Of a stretch of DNA of 64,000 nt, positions 48,923 to 60,442 are shown in pieces; the first letter of the stretch is position 1; every line of letters starts with the position of its first letter. Both the position numbers and the translations under genes were made by a program. The notes beneath the pieces are model-generated. The model did not search any database. It saw only the letters and a list, made by a program, of their open reading frames with translations, and was not told where the DNA came from. This DNA comes from Trichodelitschia bisporula (lineage: Eukaryota): assembly GCA_010356995.1 (NCBI GenBank), contig ML996695.1:133061-197060 (forward strand). The letters run 5' to 3'.

Positions 48923-49664
48923 TGAGCGCAACACGTTTAAAGCGGGTACGGAGTGGGGCATCAATTGGGGAGCATGGCAACGCATTGTTTGTTTTGGTGT
49001 TCAAGATAGTTGCAGGCCAGTGGCGGCGGAGAGAATAGTGTTAATTCAGTAATTCGGACCCGTGCGGGAATTGCGTGTGGATGAGATGCGCGACGGCCAA
49101 ACGGTTCGGTCGGAGGAGCATAGCCGTTTGGATGCGCTTGAACGGGCGGTAAAGGGCTTCTGCGCGTTGGCCCGGGAAGGCTTATCGCGGGATTTTAGGG
49201 TGGGTTTAGGTGTGAAGTGTGTGGCTCCGGCTGCCCTGCGGCAGTGGTGGAAAGGGCGGGGAGTGGGCGGAAAAGCAGGTTAGGAGGAAGCTGTTGCGCT
49301 GACGTGACGGAGGACAAAGAGCCTGAGATACACGTAACCACGAGATATATCGAGATGAATTGAATTGTCCTGAGTGAATGCCTTTCTCTCTAAATTGGAG
49401 ATCGGGTAAAGTCGATTCCTCCACCAGGCTACCAAAAAAGTTAGCCGCCTTTCGCCCTGTTCCCCGTTGGTTGACCTCGGAGTTCCAATTTCACCCGTGC
49501 CAAGACCGTGCCGACCGTGCCCCGTTCCTCAGAATTTTCTCTCACAGCTGCGCTTCTTTCTTCCCCTTCTTCTTAAACCCAAACCATCCACCCTCACTGA
49601 TCTTTCGCATCAGCTTGACTTCGCTTCATCCACGTAGTCGTCCCTCCACCACACTTTTTTCAAG

Positions 49665-50970
49665 ATGTCGAAGGAACAGAAGCCCTCCGTTATGGGCATG
49701 CCGGTAAGCCATTGACTCCATTGATTGCATCTGAGAGTTTCCGGTGAGCTCGACAGTGCGCCGCTTCATTGCCGACGATGGCCATTGATCATCCATTTGC
49801 ATCATGGCATCAAAGCGATTTAGTGCACACTGTCGGGTTCCATCCGCATACAAACTGCTTATCGCATTGATGAATGTTCGCTAACCCTTTTTCACAGCCC
49901 TTCGTGGTCGACTTCCTGAGTACGTCACCGCCGAGACTAACCACTTGTCCACATGGCATATAACACTAACCATCATCTACAGTGGGTGGTGTTTCCGCTG
50001 CCGTCTCGAAGACTGCCGCCGCTCCCATCGAGCGTGTCAAGCTCCTTATCCAGAACCAGGATGAGATGCTCAAGTCCGGCCGTCTTGACCGCAAGTACAA
50101 TGGCATCGCCGAGTGCTTCCGTCGCACCACCCAGGCTGAGGGTGTCGTCTCCCTGTGGCGTGGCAACACCGCCAACGTCATTCGGTACTTCCCCACCCAG
50201 GCGCTGAACTTCGCTTTCCGCGACACCTACAAGTCCATGTTCGCGTTCAAGAAGGAGCGTGATGGCTACTGGAAGTGGATGGCCGGTAACCTGGCGTCCG
50301 GTGGTGTATGTATTTCTTCTCCGTTGACACTTGCCTCTGCTGACAGCTCCAGGCCGCCGGTGCCACGTCGCTGCTGTTTGTCTACTCGCTCGACTACGCC
50401 CGTACCCGTCTTGCGAACGACGCGAAGTCTGCCAAGAAGGGTGGAGGTGACCGCCAGTTCAACGGGCTCATCGACGTGTACAAGAAGACCCTCGCGTCTG
50501 ACGGTATCGCTGGTCTCTACCGTGGCTTCATGCCCTCGGTCGCTGGTATCATCGTCTACCGTGGTCTGTACTTCGGCATGTACGATTCCATCAAGCCTGT
50601 CGTCCTCGTCGGTGCCCTTGAGGGTAACTTCCTGGCCTCGTTCGCTCTCGGCTGGACTGTCACCACCGGTGCCGGTATCGCCTCGTACCCTCTGGATACC
50701 ATCCGTCGCCGCATGATGATGACGTCTGGCGAGGTATGTGTTTTATCTGCTTTTTCATTGTTTGTCAGCTGACCTCCCCACCAGGCCGTCAAGTACAACG
50801 GTACTCTCGATGCTGCCCGCAAGATCGTCGCCGCTGAGGGTGTCCGCTCGCTCTTCAAGGGTGCGGGTGCCAACATCCTCCGTGGTGTTGCCGGTGCCGG
50901 TGTCCTGTCCATCTACGACCAGGCCCAGCTCCTGATCTTCGGCAAGGCCTACAAGGGTGGGTCGGGTTAA
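49665..50970 (+). CDS. AAC: Mitochondrial ADP/ATP carrier, 5 exons (intron 1 = 49704-49897)
   Basis: [66 protein letters not shown], signature [26 protein letters not shown]. Confidence 0.98.
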
Positions 50971-52566
50971 ATGTGGTGTAATGTATGGTGCAGCGACTAC
51001 GGGGTGTTCTCAGGGTTGGGAGTAATTCGGATAGATTTAAAAATCACGAGCGTCTCTTGAACTTTAGGGCATTCCGAACTGTAGGGCGCGGGTTCGGGGA
51101 TTGTTGTGTGAGTGAGTGCGTGGTTGTTTTGTGCTCGCTGGTATGGCCTGTGTATCTGTCGTCGGGTTCTTGGTGGCGGATATAGGGGTTTTCGATGTGG
51201 GCATCCCTTGTGTACTTTATGACCGCTGCGTTTGCGACTTTTAGCCCCCTTATCTGTGTGGTTGCTGTTGCCGGTCTGGGCGAGTTTGTGCAATAGAGGA
51301 TTTTCATCGATGTTTGCGATGTGACGTGTGATGTGTGAATATCCTAGGGACGGTATGCATGGGATGAGCGTCTTGTGTGTTTGGCCCTGTTTATGTCAAT
51401 GGGTGTGTCCTCTGTGAGAGTGGTCTTGCTTGAGGGTGGGTATGTTCTCATCTCGATATGCTACCGGGTTGCTTTTATGGTTTCGCGCTTGATATGAAGG
51501 GAGGATGCCCGAGGCGTTTCGGCTTCGGCAAAATGGCATTCAGGGCCTGTTCAGTGAGGTGAGGCAGAACGGTACCGGTACTTGCAAAAAAACCAGACGG
51601 AGAGGGAAAGTCTCCATTCTTGAACTCGGCTACTACGTAAAAGCATGACGAGTCATCGGACCCTTCACAGTCATCAATCAGCAGGTCTGAGGTGGCGGTG
51701 ACATGGCATGGCATGACATTCTCGCCTCTTTTCCTTAATCTACCGGGGACGTGTTGTTGGCGTGCGCTTTCTACATATGGATTGATCGACTTCTTAGCTT
51801 GCCTTCTTAGCTTGAGCTTTTGTAGCGCGAGATGCATTGGGAAGGTTGATGGAGCTCTTGGAGGGGGGATGAGCACGGGGATGCGGTCAAGAAGTGGTGA
51901 TGGGGTTTGGTATGGGAGGTAGAGGGGAATAGGCAGTGCTTCTGGCTTGGATGGCGTTGGGGAGGGGATCTGCTGCGGGATATATATCGCTGGTCTCGAC
52001 AACGACGTCGCTCGTTGGTTGATGTCACTCTGAGTTGGCGATATCAAATCGATTTGAAGCAACACGGCTGTTTAGCGGCTTGCTGGAGATTGATAAACTG
52101 GGAGGATGAAGAGTGACGCTAGCTACTCTTGTGCTTATAAATTACCAGCTTTAAGATATTCCTTCTGAGGGTGCTGTAGCTGGATAGTTTGGAGCGGTGG
52201 TGAATGTGAATTCGTCTCCGCAACAACCCGACCTCAACGCAAGCAAAACCTGAACTCCACCAAACTCACCCGCCTCCACCAGCCCCCCATCTACCAAACT
52301 GACCTTCTCCGAATCCAAATTCCCAAACCATTCACGCTCCACAAGCTTCGCACGCTTCGTTCATTTAAACATCAGTCTAAATCACGTGACCTCGTCTCCC
52401 CGCCAAGTCCCCCAGCTCCATCCCCAGCACAACCTCATCACCAATGCCTCCATCCCATCCCACAAGCCCGCAACCCACCGCACCGCCCCTCGTCCGCCCA
52501 CCGCTCAAATCCCCCCCTTCGACACAGGCCTCCATCACAAACATCCACTCCCCAAAGCCAGGCGCC

Positions 52567-52659
52567 ATGTCCGACGGCGCGACCCCGCTCCCCAAGCCGA
52601 GCTCCAGCGTCAAGCTCGTGCTGCTCGGCGAAGCGGCCGTAGGCAAGGCACGTCACCCG

Positions 52660-52696
<37 letters not shown>

Positions 52697-53356
52697 ACCT
52701 TCGGTCCATCACGAGTGTAGCAGCTAATATGACCCAGTCCTCCCTCGTAATGCGCTTCGTCAACAACGACTTCCAGGATAACAAGGAGCCAACCATCGGA
52801 GGTACGTCTGGGGTTTAGTTCTAGTACCTATACCCCCTGGGAGAGAGCACGCAACTGACGTCGCCCGCCCGCAGCCGCCTTCCTAACCCAAAAATGCACC
52901 CTCCCCACCCGCACCATCAAATTCGAAATCTGGGACACGGCGGGGCAAGAACGCTTCGCCTCCCTCGCCCCAATGTATTATCGCAACGCACAAGCCGCGC
53001 TCGTCGTGTACGACATCACCAAACCCGCTTCCCTCATTAAGGCGCAGCACTGGGTCGCCGAACTCCAGCGCCAGGCCTCCCCGGGGATCGTCATCGCGCT
53101 GGTGGGGAATAAGTTGGATCTGGTGGCCTCGGCGGGTAGTGATGGAGAGGAAGTGGAGGGCGAGGATGCGCGGGGCGTGCCGGCGGCGCAAGCACGGAGC
53201 TATGCGGAGGAAGAGGGACTTTTGTTTTTTGAGACTAGTGCGAAGACGGGGGAGAGGGTTGCGGAGGTTTTTACGGCGATTGCGGGGGCGATTCCGGAGA
53301 CGCAGCTTAAGGGCCCCAGGGGGGGGCAGAGGGTTGAGGAGAGGAGGGTGGAGTAG
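52567..53356 (+). CDS. VPS21: Rab5-family GTPase (Vps21/Ypt51-like); GC-AG intron 52648-52737 and GT-AG intron about 52802-52873
   Basis: [74 protein letters not shown]. Confidence 0.9.
52663..52696. repeat. C34 homopolymer inside Rab5 intron 1
   Basis: Directly visible. Confidence 0.9.
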
Positions 53357-53861
53357 AGAGGAGAGAAGGGGAGGGGGAGGGTGGGTTCTGGGTTTGTTAG
53401 TAATGGGAGTTGGTGGGTTGATATCCTTTCTCTTGTCCGCGGGCTCGTTGGGCCGTGGCAGCTGCGAGGCTCTTTGTATGTAGTCGGCGTATACGGGGTA
53501 GAATGCGAGATGGGATGAGTTGTAATTGTGACATGGTGAGTGTGAGGGCAGGGGTTGGGAAATGGCTTGCTTGCTTCTCTGTCGTACACTACTCGCATGA
53601 CTACAACACATAATCGACCTATTACCACATCATCCATCTACCGCGCGAGCTGGTTAAGAATCTTCATGCAGTGAGAGCGGTTAGGAATGCCTTTTTGCTT
53701 CTCTATCGTACACTATCAAAGCCAATACCCATACCACGTGGCCCAGCAAGGGAAGTCAACCACGAAACTACCATGACCCTCAACGCTAACAGTCCCACCC
53801 ATCTCCCTAGTCATACAAATGCCATAATCTTAACATCCCGTCATCTTCGTCCTCTCTCCCT

Positions 53862-54509
53862 TCAAACCCCCTTCCCCCCCCTAACCCACCTCCAAACCCC
53901 CTCCTCCGCCTTCTGCGCCGCCTCCCCCACACTCCCAACCACCCCCTTCAAACTCCCCAAAACGCCCTCCTCCCGCTCCGCCTCTTCCTTCGCGATTTGT
54001 AACCGCTCCCGCTCGGCTGCGGTCCCGTCTGCGGCGTAGGGGTTTTGGATGTAGTTGGGGGGGTGCTCGAGGGAGGAGGTGCGGTTGTGGCCTGGGGTGA
54101 ATGAGCCCTGCTGTGCGGTAGGGAGCTGTGCGAAGGGTTGTGTGAAGGGCTCAGCGGTGGTGGTGGAGCGGGTGCCGCCGTAGCTGGGCGTCGGAGGCGG
54201 GATGCCCATCTGCGGCGGCGAGGGAGGCGGGCCGGTCGTTGTCGTGGTGTAGGTTGCGGTTATGAGCGAAGGCGTCGGGCCGGGTTGAGGCGGGGGGGGG
54301 GTAGATGAACGGCCGGTTGGGGCAGCGGGAGGCTGTGGCCGGGCGCCGGGTTGGGGAGCGGGTGGTGAGGAGGATGAGGTGCCGGTCGGGACGGCGGTGG
54401 TACGGGTTGGTTCGGTGGGGGAGGGGTTTTGAGGTTCGGGGGCGGCGGTTTGGGGGGTTATACCGCTTGGGTGGAGGGGTGTGTCGGCGAAGATGCGAAC
54501 TGGTGGCAT
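53862..54509 (-). CDS. Pro/Thr-rich hypothetical protein (215 aa)
   Basis: ATG in ACCATG context; repeated PPAPQPG motif; ordered C-terminus LEHPPNYIQNPYA..AEEGVWRWV. Confidence 0.75.
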   Translation of the reverse strand: MPPVRIFADTPLHPSGITPQTAAPEPQNPSPTEPTRTTAVPTGTSSSSPPAPQPGARPQPPAAPTGRSSTPPPPQPGPTPSLITATYTTTTTGPPPSPPQMGIPPPTPSYGGTRSTTTAEPFTQPFAQLPTAQQGSFTPGHNRTSSLEHPPNYIQNPYAADGTAAERERLQIAKEEAEREEGVLGSLKGVVGSVGEAAQKAEEGVWRWVRGGKGV

Positions 54510-54527
54510 GGTGGGTTTGGTTGAGGT

Positions 54528-54558
<31 letters not shown>

Positions 54559-54581
54559 GGGGGGGGGGGGGGGGGGGGGGG
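54528..54581. repeat. G30-T-G23 homopolymer tract just upstream of the 54509 start codon
   Basis: Directly visible. Confidence 0.9.
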
Positions 54582-54630
54582 TGTTGTGGCTGTGGTTGTG
54601 GTGAGGTTGATGTAGAGGTGAGGTGGAGTT

Positions 54631-54720
54631 GAGGTTCTTTGATAGCAGACGTTCTTCGACGGAGAGAGGTGGAAGGAGGTTCTTTGATAGCAGACGTTCT
54701 TTGACGGAGAGAGGTGGAAG
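54631..54720. repeat. 45-bp tandem duplication (1 mismatch)
   Basis: GAGGTTCTTTGATAGCAGACGTTCTT[C/T]GACGGAGAGAGGTGGAAG x2. Confidence 0.92.
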
Positions 54721-55917
54721 GAAGATACTCAACAAAGGTTTGATTGATAGAGGCAGGTAAGTTGAAGAAGAGGTACGGACAGCTGTTGCCTTGAGTTGAG
54801 GACACATCGATATTGACCCCTCACACCACTCACCCTCCCTTCAAACAACCAGTGACGTCAACCCGAGCCCTGTGTCACGGGTGCCTGCCTGACTGCCTGA
54901 ACGACATCGGGGCCTTTCAAACCTCAACATTCCACCGTCAATTCAGCGTTCGCCAGCGGGCCGCGGCAGGGAAATTTTTCAGCGATGAAGCTCTCACAAA
55001 CATCTGCCGAGCCCGGCGGCCAGCCTGGCTGCTCCCTGTGCCTGCCTGCCGTATCGTACCTGCGTGGGGCGGCGCAAATCCCCACCCTCTCACCCAGCAA
55101 GCAGCCAGCACACCCCAACACCCCACCCATCCGACCAACAATTTCCAGATAAACGGCAAATCAAACAACAAACCGGGCAACAACGCCCTCCTCCAGGAAC
55201 AGCCGCGCGCACACTGCGGCTGCATTATGCAGTTTCGCTCGCGGCTACATTACCGTATGCAGTCTCTCGCGGCTAGCGCTCCTTACGGCATCGGCGGCCT
55301 TGGACCGCCGCCAGATTCCAAGCAGCGCTGCTAGCACCATCGGGGGATCGACGATGCGAGGAATGAGGAGGGGATGGGCAAAAGGAAAGAGTGTTGATCT
55401 TGGTGGAAACGTAGTGGGAGCTCTATTTCGACTACAGAGCAAGCTGGCGCTGCAGTGTTGTTCCTCTTGCGCGCTGTGACAATTGTTTTCCGCCCCTAAG
55501 ATGGGACATCTGATGCTTTCAATTGCTCGCTTCGCTCGCACTGCCCGCTCGGCTCAGCTCACGCTCCTCCCCTCTCTCTCCCACGCCTTGGCCCCACGCT
55601 TCAACTCCGCACCCCGTGCGCGCTGTCAATCAAGCCGATGGCGCAACACACGCCATACGCCGCGCCAGCCAGGCTGCGGTGCGAGCGGGGTGGCGAGGCC
55701 CGGGGCCGCATAACAAGAACGTAACACGTGCCAGTTACAGTAAAGTAAAGCGGAGAGCACCGCCACAATGCTATGCGTCCCCCACTGCGCCATTCCGCAT
55801 GCGGGCACCTGGCATACGGGCGGGTCTCATGATGCCATTCCGATTCCTGTCGAGTGACTTTTTGTCATGAGAGAGATGGGAGAGATGCGAAGGGGAAGGC
55901 GGGGAGGGAATTGGGAT

Positions 55918-56709
55918 NNNNNNNNNNNNNNNNNNNNNNNNNNNNNNNNNNNNNNNNNNNNNNNNNNNNNNNNNNNNNNNNNNNNNNNNNNNNNNNNNNN
56001 NNNNNNNNNNNNNNNNNNNNNNNNNNNNNNNNNNNNNNNNNNNNNNNNNNNNNNNNNNNNNNNNNNNNNNNNNNNNNNNNNNNNNNNNNNNNNNNNNNNN
56101 NNNNNNNNNNNNNNNNNNNNNNNNNNNNNNNNNNNNNNNNNNNNNNNNNNNNNNNNNNNNNNNNNNNNNNNNNNNNNNNNNNNNNNNNNNNNNNNNNNNN
56201 NNNNNNNNNNNNNNNNNNNNNNNNNNNNNNNNNNNNNNNNNNNNNNNNNNNNNNNNNNNNNNNNNNNNNNNNNNNNNNNNNNNNNNNNNNNNNNNNNNNN
56301 NNNNNNNNNNNNNNNNNNNNNNNNNNNNNNNNNNNNNNNNNNNNNNNNNNNNNNNNNNNNNNNNNNNNNNNNNNNNNNNNNNNNNNNNNNNNNNNNNNNN
56401 NNNNNNNNNNNNNNNNNNNNNNNNNNNNNNNNNNNNNNNNNNNNNNNNNNNNNNNNNNNNNNNNNNNNNNNNNNNNNNNNNNNNNNNNNNNNNNNNNNNN
56501 NNNNNNNNNNNNNNNNNNNNNNNNNNNNNNNNNNNNNNNNNNNNNNNNNNNNNNNNNNNNNNNNNNNNNNNNNNNNNNNNNNNNNNNNNNNNNNNNNNNN
56601 NNNNNNNNNNNNNNNNNNNNNNNNNNNNNNNNNNNNNNNNNNNNNNNNNNNNNNNNNNNNNNNNNNNNNNNNNNNNNNNNNNNNNNNNNNNNNNNNNNNN
56701 NNNNNNNNN
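55918..56709. other. Assembly gap (792 N)
   Basis: Run of N. Confidence 1.
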
Positions 56710-57426
56710 TCCTCTCGTTCTCCGACCTCTAGCTGTATCGTCGCTCCAGTCTCCCTGCAAGCTGCAACCGCGTCCCAAGCACTCCTCGCGAGTCTTCTTC
56801 TCCACTTTCTCTGTTGTGCCGCTCCCGTACACCACACACGCCCCCCCCAAAGCCAAGGTCGCTTCCCCCCAGTCCAGCTTTCCAGCCCACCCAGACAAGC
56901 CAACCAGTCCAGCCCTCAACCCGCTCCGCTCCCGCTTGTCGTCGCAATCAATCAAGAGCAGCGTAAGCGCGGGGTGGCCGCTGCTACTCTCTGCTCTCTC
57001 TCCACACTTTATTTCGCTCTCCAACAATTTGTCCTGCCCGCACAACTTCTTGCTTCTTCTTCTTGCTTCTCCTTCCTCTTCCTCCTGCTGCCTCTTTTGC
57101 GCTGCTCTCACAACCCCGTCGGAATTCCCCCGTCCCTTTCAACCCTTCTTGTCTTCTACTACAGTACACATTCCCCCCCTTCTTTCACTTTGTCCATATA
57201 ACCCAACCTCTACCACCCAACCACCAACCCCTGGCCCAAGGGAGTCAACGTGTGCCCTCCCAATTAGCCCTCCAATCCCCTCCCCAATTGCCCACCCATT
57301 CCACAAGCCGAAAGACAACGCCTCGACCACTGTACCACCACCACCCACAAAATTCTTCACCCAACCCGTCCTCCCACCAAAGCTCCGAAAGAACCCTCAG
57401 CCTCGCAAATCCGTCTCCAGCCAGCC

Positions 57427-58800
57427 ATGACCGTAAACAAGGTGGCCCCAATCCCCCCTTCCCCCACTCCCCCATAAACGCACATCAGCTAAATATAAAT
57501 ATGATAAAGGACACAACCCACCACCGCTCCTCCCACCACACCCGCCTCTCCCTCTCCTCCCCGCAAACCGTCGCCGCCTACGCCCCCAAGCTCCCCCGTC
57601 CCCACACCCACTCTCTCAGCGCCGGCGCCCTCTCCACCGCCCACCGCATCACCCGCCGCAAGAGCATGAGCAGCGGCGCAGCAGCCGCCGCAGCAGCAAT
57701 GGCCCCGCTCAAGCACACAAAGCCCAAGTCCGGCACGCCGGCCAGCCTCCCCTCTTCGAGTTTCCTGGCTGCGAATGCGTCCATGGGACCGGGCGCGAGC
57801 GCCGTGATCGACGGCCCCCCGCTAGCGGCCCATGCCGATCGCGTCGCGAAGCCGCGCACGCGCCGTGCCAGCGAGGGGTCTAGCCGCGGTAAGGACCTTA
57901 AGCGCGGCGAGCTGCGCTGTGAGACGTGTGGCAAGGCGTATAAGCATAGCAGCTGTTTGACCAAGCACCTGTTAGTTATTCCCCGAGGCCGTGGAGGAGC
58001 CGTTTTTTTTTTTTTTTTTTTCAGCCCCCGTCCCTGTCCCCAGTCCCTGGTTTCGCTCTTTCCCTATCAGGATCAGCTGTCCCTGGTTCCTTCCTTTCAT
58101 TCCCCCGTTGTATTGCCGTCACCCACTCCTCCCCGTCGCCCGCTGCCGCCGCAAACGCTTGCTGACCCGCCCCCCCCCCCCTTCCAGCTGGGAACACACC
58201 CCTGAATGGTCCTACACCTCCAAGCTCCTCATCAGCAAGCACCAGCAAGTGCAGCTCCTAGAAGCAGCCTCCGTCCTGATCGCCATCAACCACGAAGCCC
58301 AACAAGCCTCCGACCCCGCCTCCGACCCCGCCTCCGACCCCAGCGCCCCCTCCAGCCGCCCCAGCTCCACCGAAACATCCCCTCCGCCGACGGGAGGGGC
58401 GAGCTATGCCAAACGTCTCAGCGGGAGCAGCAGTGCCGCCTCTACGGCCACGAGCTGGGCTTCCGCGTCCGCGTTCAGCGAGAGCGCGCCCGGCGCGGGC
58501 CGCGCGTATATGAGTCATTATCGGCAGTGGAGCGATGATGCCGGGGATGACGAGGCGGATCTGGCGGCTGCGGTGCGGCTGCTGAGTTGTTCGTACAGCG
58601 GGCCGCCGGTTATGCTCCCCGCGGACGCGCCGCCGGTTCCACCCCTGCCGCGCGAGTTTTTGCCCACGGGGGGGAAGGTGACGAGTGTAAGGTATAGCTG
58701 TGTCAGGGGAGGGGCTGGAGGGGATGTGGATATGGAGGAGGGGGATGAGTGGGGGCGGATTTCGGAGGAGGAGGGGATGTTTGGGAAGATGGAGGAGTAA
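57427..58800 (+). CDS. C2H2 zinc-finger protein (start uncertain: 57427 via a short intron, or 57501); intron 57971-58187
   Basis: LRCETCGKAYKHSSCLTKHL|WEHTPEWSYTSKLLISKHQQVQLLEAASVL; DLAAAVRLLSCSY; VPPLP; C-terminus EEGMFGKMEE. Confidence 0.88.
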
Positions 58801-59141
58801 GCTGGGGGCGGGTGGGTATGTGTGTTTGGGGAGTGGCCTGGGTGTGAGATTTGGCGGGCTGGAGCGTTAGCTATTTGGTCTGCTCTCCTTAGCGTACGGA
58901 CGGCACGTTGCTCCGCACGTGATCCTCGCACCGATGAGATGGCGCCCGTTGCTGGCTGTTCTGATCGGGACTGGCTAGTTCTACTCGGGCGCTGTTGAGG
59001 TTAAAGGGGGGTTGGTGTTGCGTTGAGCGGTGCTGTTTTTGTTCTGACGTAGGGAATGGAATGGTTATGATGATGTCTATACGTTTTGTGCGCGTTGTTG
59101 CGTGATGGGCCAAGGCGCGGTGGCCCGAGTGATTTTTCACT

Positions 59142-59150
59142 GCCTGAGGC
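59142..59150 (+). promoter_or_regulatory. Candidate ribosomal-protein promoter element GCCTGAGGC, next to an RRPE-like GTGATTTTTCAC
   Basis: Palindromic GCCTNAGGC 181 nt upstream of the RPS12 ATG, matching the RPP0 upstream motif in sequence and spacing. Confidence 0.4.
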
Positions 59151-59322
59151 CCCAATGTGAAATACACCAGGCCCCCTCGCTAAAAAGCCGGCCCGAGCGC
59201 GAACCGCACGCCAAGACTTCACCTCCGTGCAAAAAAGGGCACTCCAGTTCCCCTCCTCCTCCTCTCTCCAAAACCACACACCACTCTTCGAGGACTTTCG
59301 ACATACTTGAACAGCAAGAAAA

Positions 59323-59890
59323 ATGGTAACCCCCCCCCCACCCTTCCCCTCTCCCCCATACAAGAAACACAGCTAACCCCCCACCCAGTCGGACGGAGAA
59401 GAGCCCCAATCCCCCGTCGAGGCCCCCGAGGTCGAGCTCAGCGGCGATGCCTCCGCCGGCAAGGGCCAGATGTCTGTCATCGATGCCCTGAAGGGCGTGC
59501 TCAAGATCGCGCTTATTCATGATGGATTGGCGCGTGGGCTCCGCGAGGCGAGCAAGGCGCTCGATCGGCGGCAGGCGCATATGTGTGTACTCAATGAGGC
59601 GTGTGAGGAGGAGGCGTACAAGAAGCTTGTTGTTGCGCTTTGCTCGGAGCATAAGATCCCGTTGATTAAGGTGCCGGATGGGAAGCAGTTGGGGGAGTGG
59701 GCTGGGCTTTGTGAGTACCTCGATGGGTGGAGGGGTTTTTGTGGATGGGGCTAATTGTGGGATAGGCCAGCTGGATCGTGATGGCAACCCGCGCAAGGTT
59801 GTTAACTGCTCGTGCGTTGTTGTGCGCGATTGGGGTGAGGAGAGCCAGGAGCGCAGCATCATCCTTAACTACTTCTCCACTGAGCAGTAA
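59323..59890 (+). CDS. RPS12: 40S ribosomal protein S12 (eS12); first coding exon is ATG only (introns 59326-59388, about 59712-59765)
   Basis: [90 protein letters not shown]. Confidence 0.98.
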
Positions 59891-59954
59891 GGGATCGGCA
59901 GCTCAGCGGCTCAACTTGGCGTCAACATCATCGACTTGAACCGACATCTGGGTT

Positions 59955-60427
59955 TCGACACGGCATGGAGGGGCGAGGGATGGTAGCGTAGTCTAGGTCA
60001 ATGACAGCTTCGGCATCGTAACCATGCACTACTCGTGCTCTATGAACCCTCAACTCGACCAACCCGCAAATTACCAACCAACAAATTACCAACCAACTCT
60101 ACTCCAACCCCCCCTCCCTCCCTCTGCGTCTCGACATGGCACGGAGGAATGGGAAATGGTAGCGTAGTCTAGATCAATTGCAGCTTCGGCATCGTAACCA
60201 CACACCGCTCGTGCTCTAGGAACCTTGAACCCTATTAACGCTCAAATTCCGAATCCCACACCCACTCCCACTCCCCTCCCTCTCCATTTCCACACCGCAT
60301 GAAGGAACCGGGAATGGCAGCGACTCCAGCACAAGCGTAGCTTCGATATCATATCCACACACAGCTCGTGCTCCAAAAACCCTCAACCCAACAAAAACGT
60401 CGATGTCATATCCATACACAGCCCGCC
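59955..60427. repeat. Degenerate tandem repeat, 3 copies of about 160-176 bp plus a partial fourth, between the convergent RPS12 and DUF3602-like genes
   Basis: Shared blocks ATGGTAGCGTAGTCTAG, CAGCTTCGGCATCGTAACCA and CTCGTGCTC..AACC in units starting at 59955, 60131 and (diverged) about 60289. Confidence 0.85.
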
Positions 60428-60442
60428 CATTCCCAAACCCCC

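Noticed and set aside
51475..52065. 196-aa minus-strand ORF
   Set aside because: Non-ATG start, no domain, no clear splice or codon signal.
55771..57201. Long ORFs spanning the N run
   Set aside because: Artefacts of the assembly gap.
59955..60427. CRISPR-like interpretation of the spaced repeats
   Set aside because: Eukaryotic context, long degenerate units, linkers also similar to each other, no cas genes.
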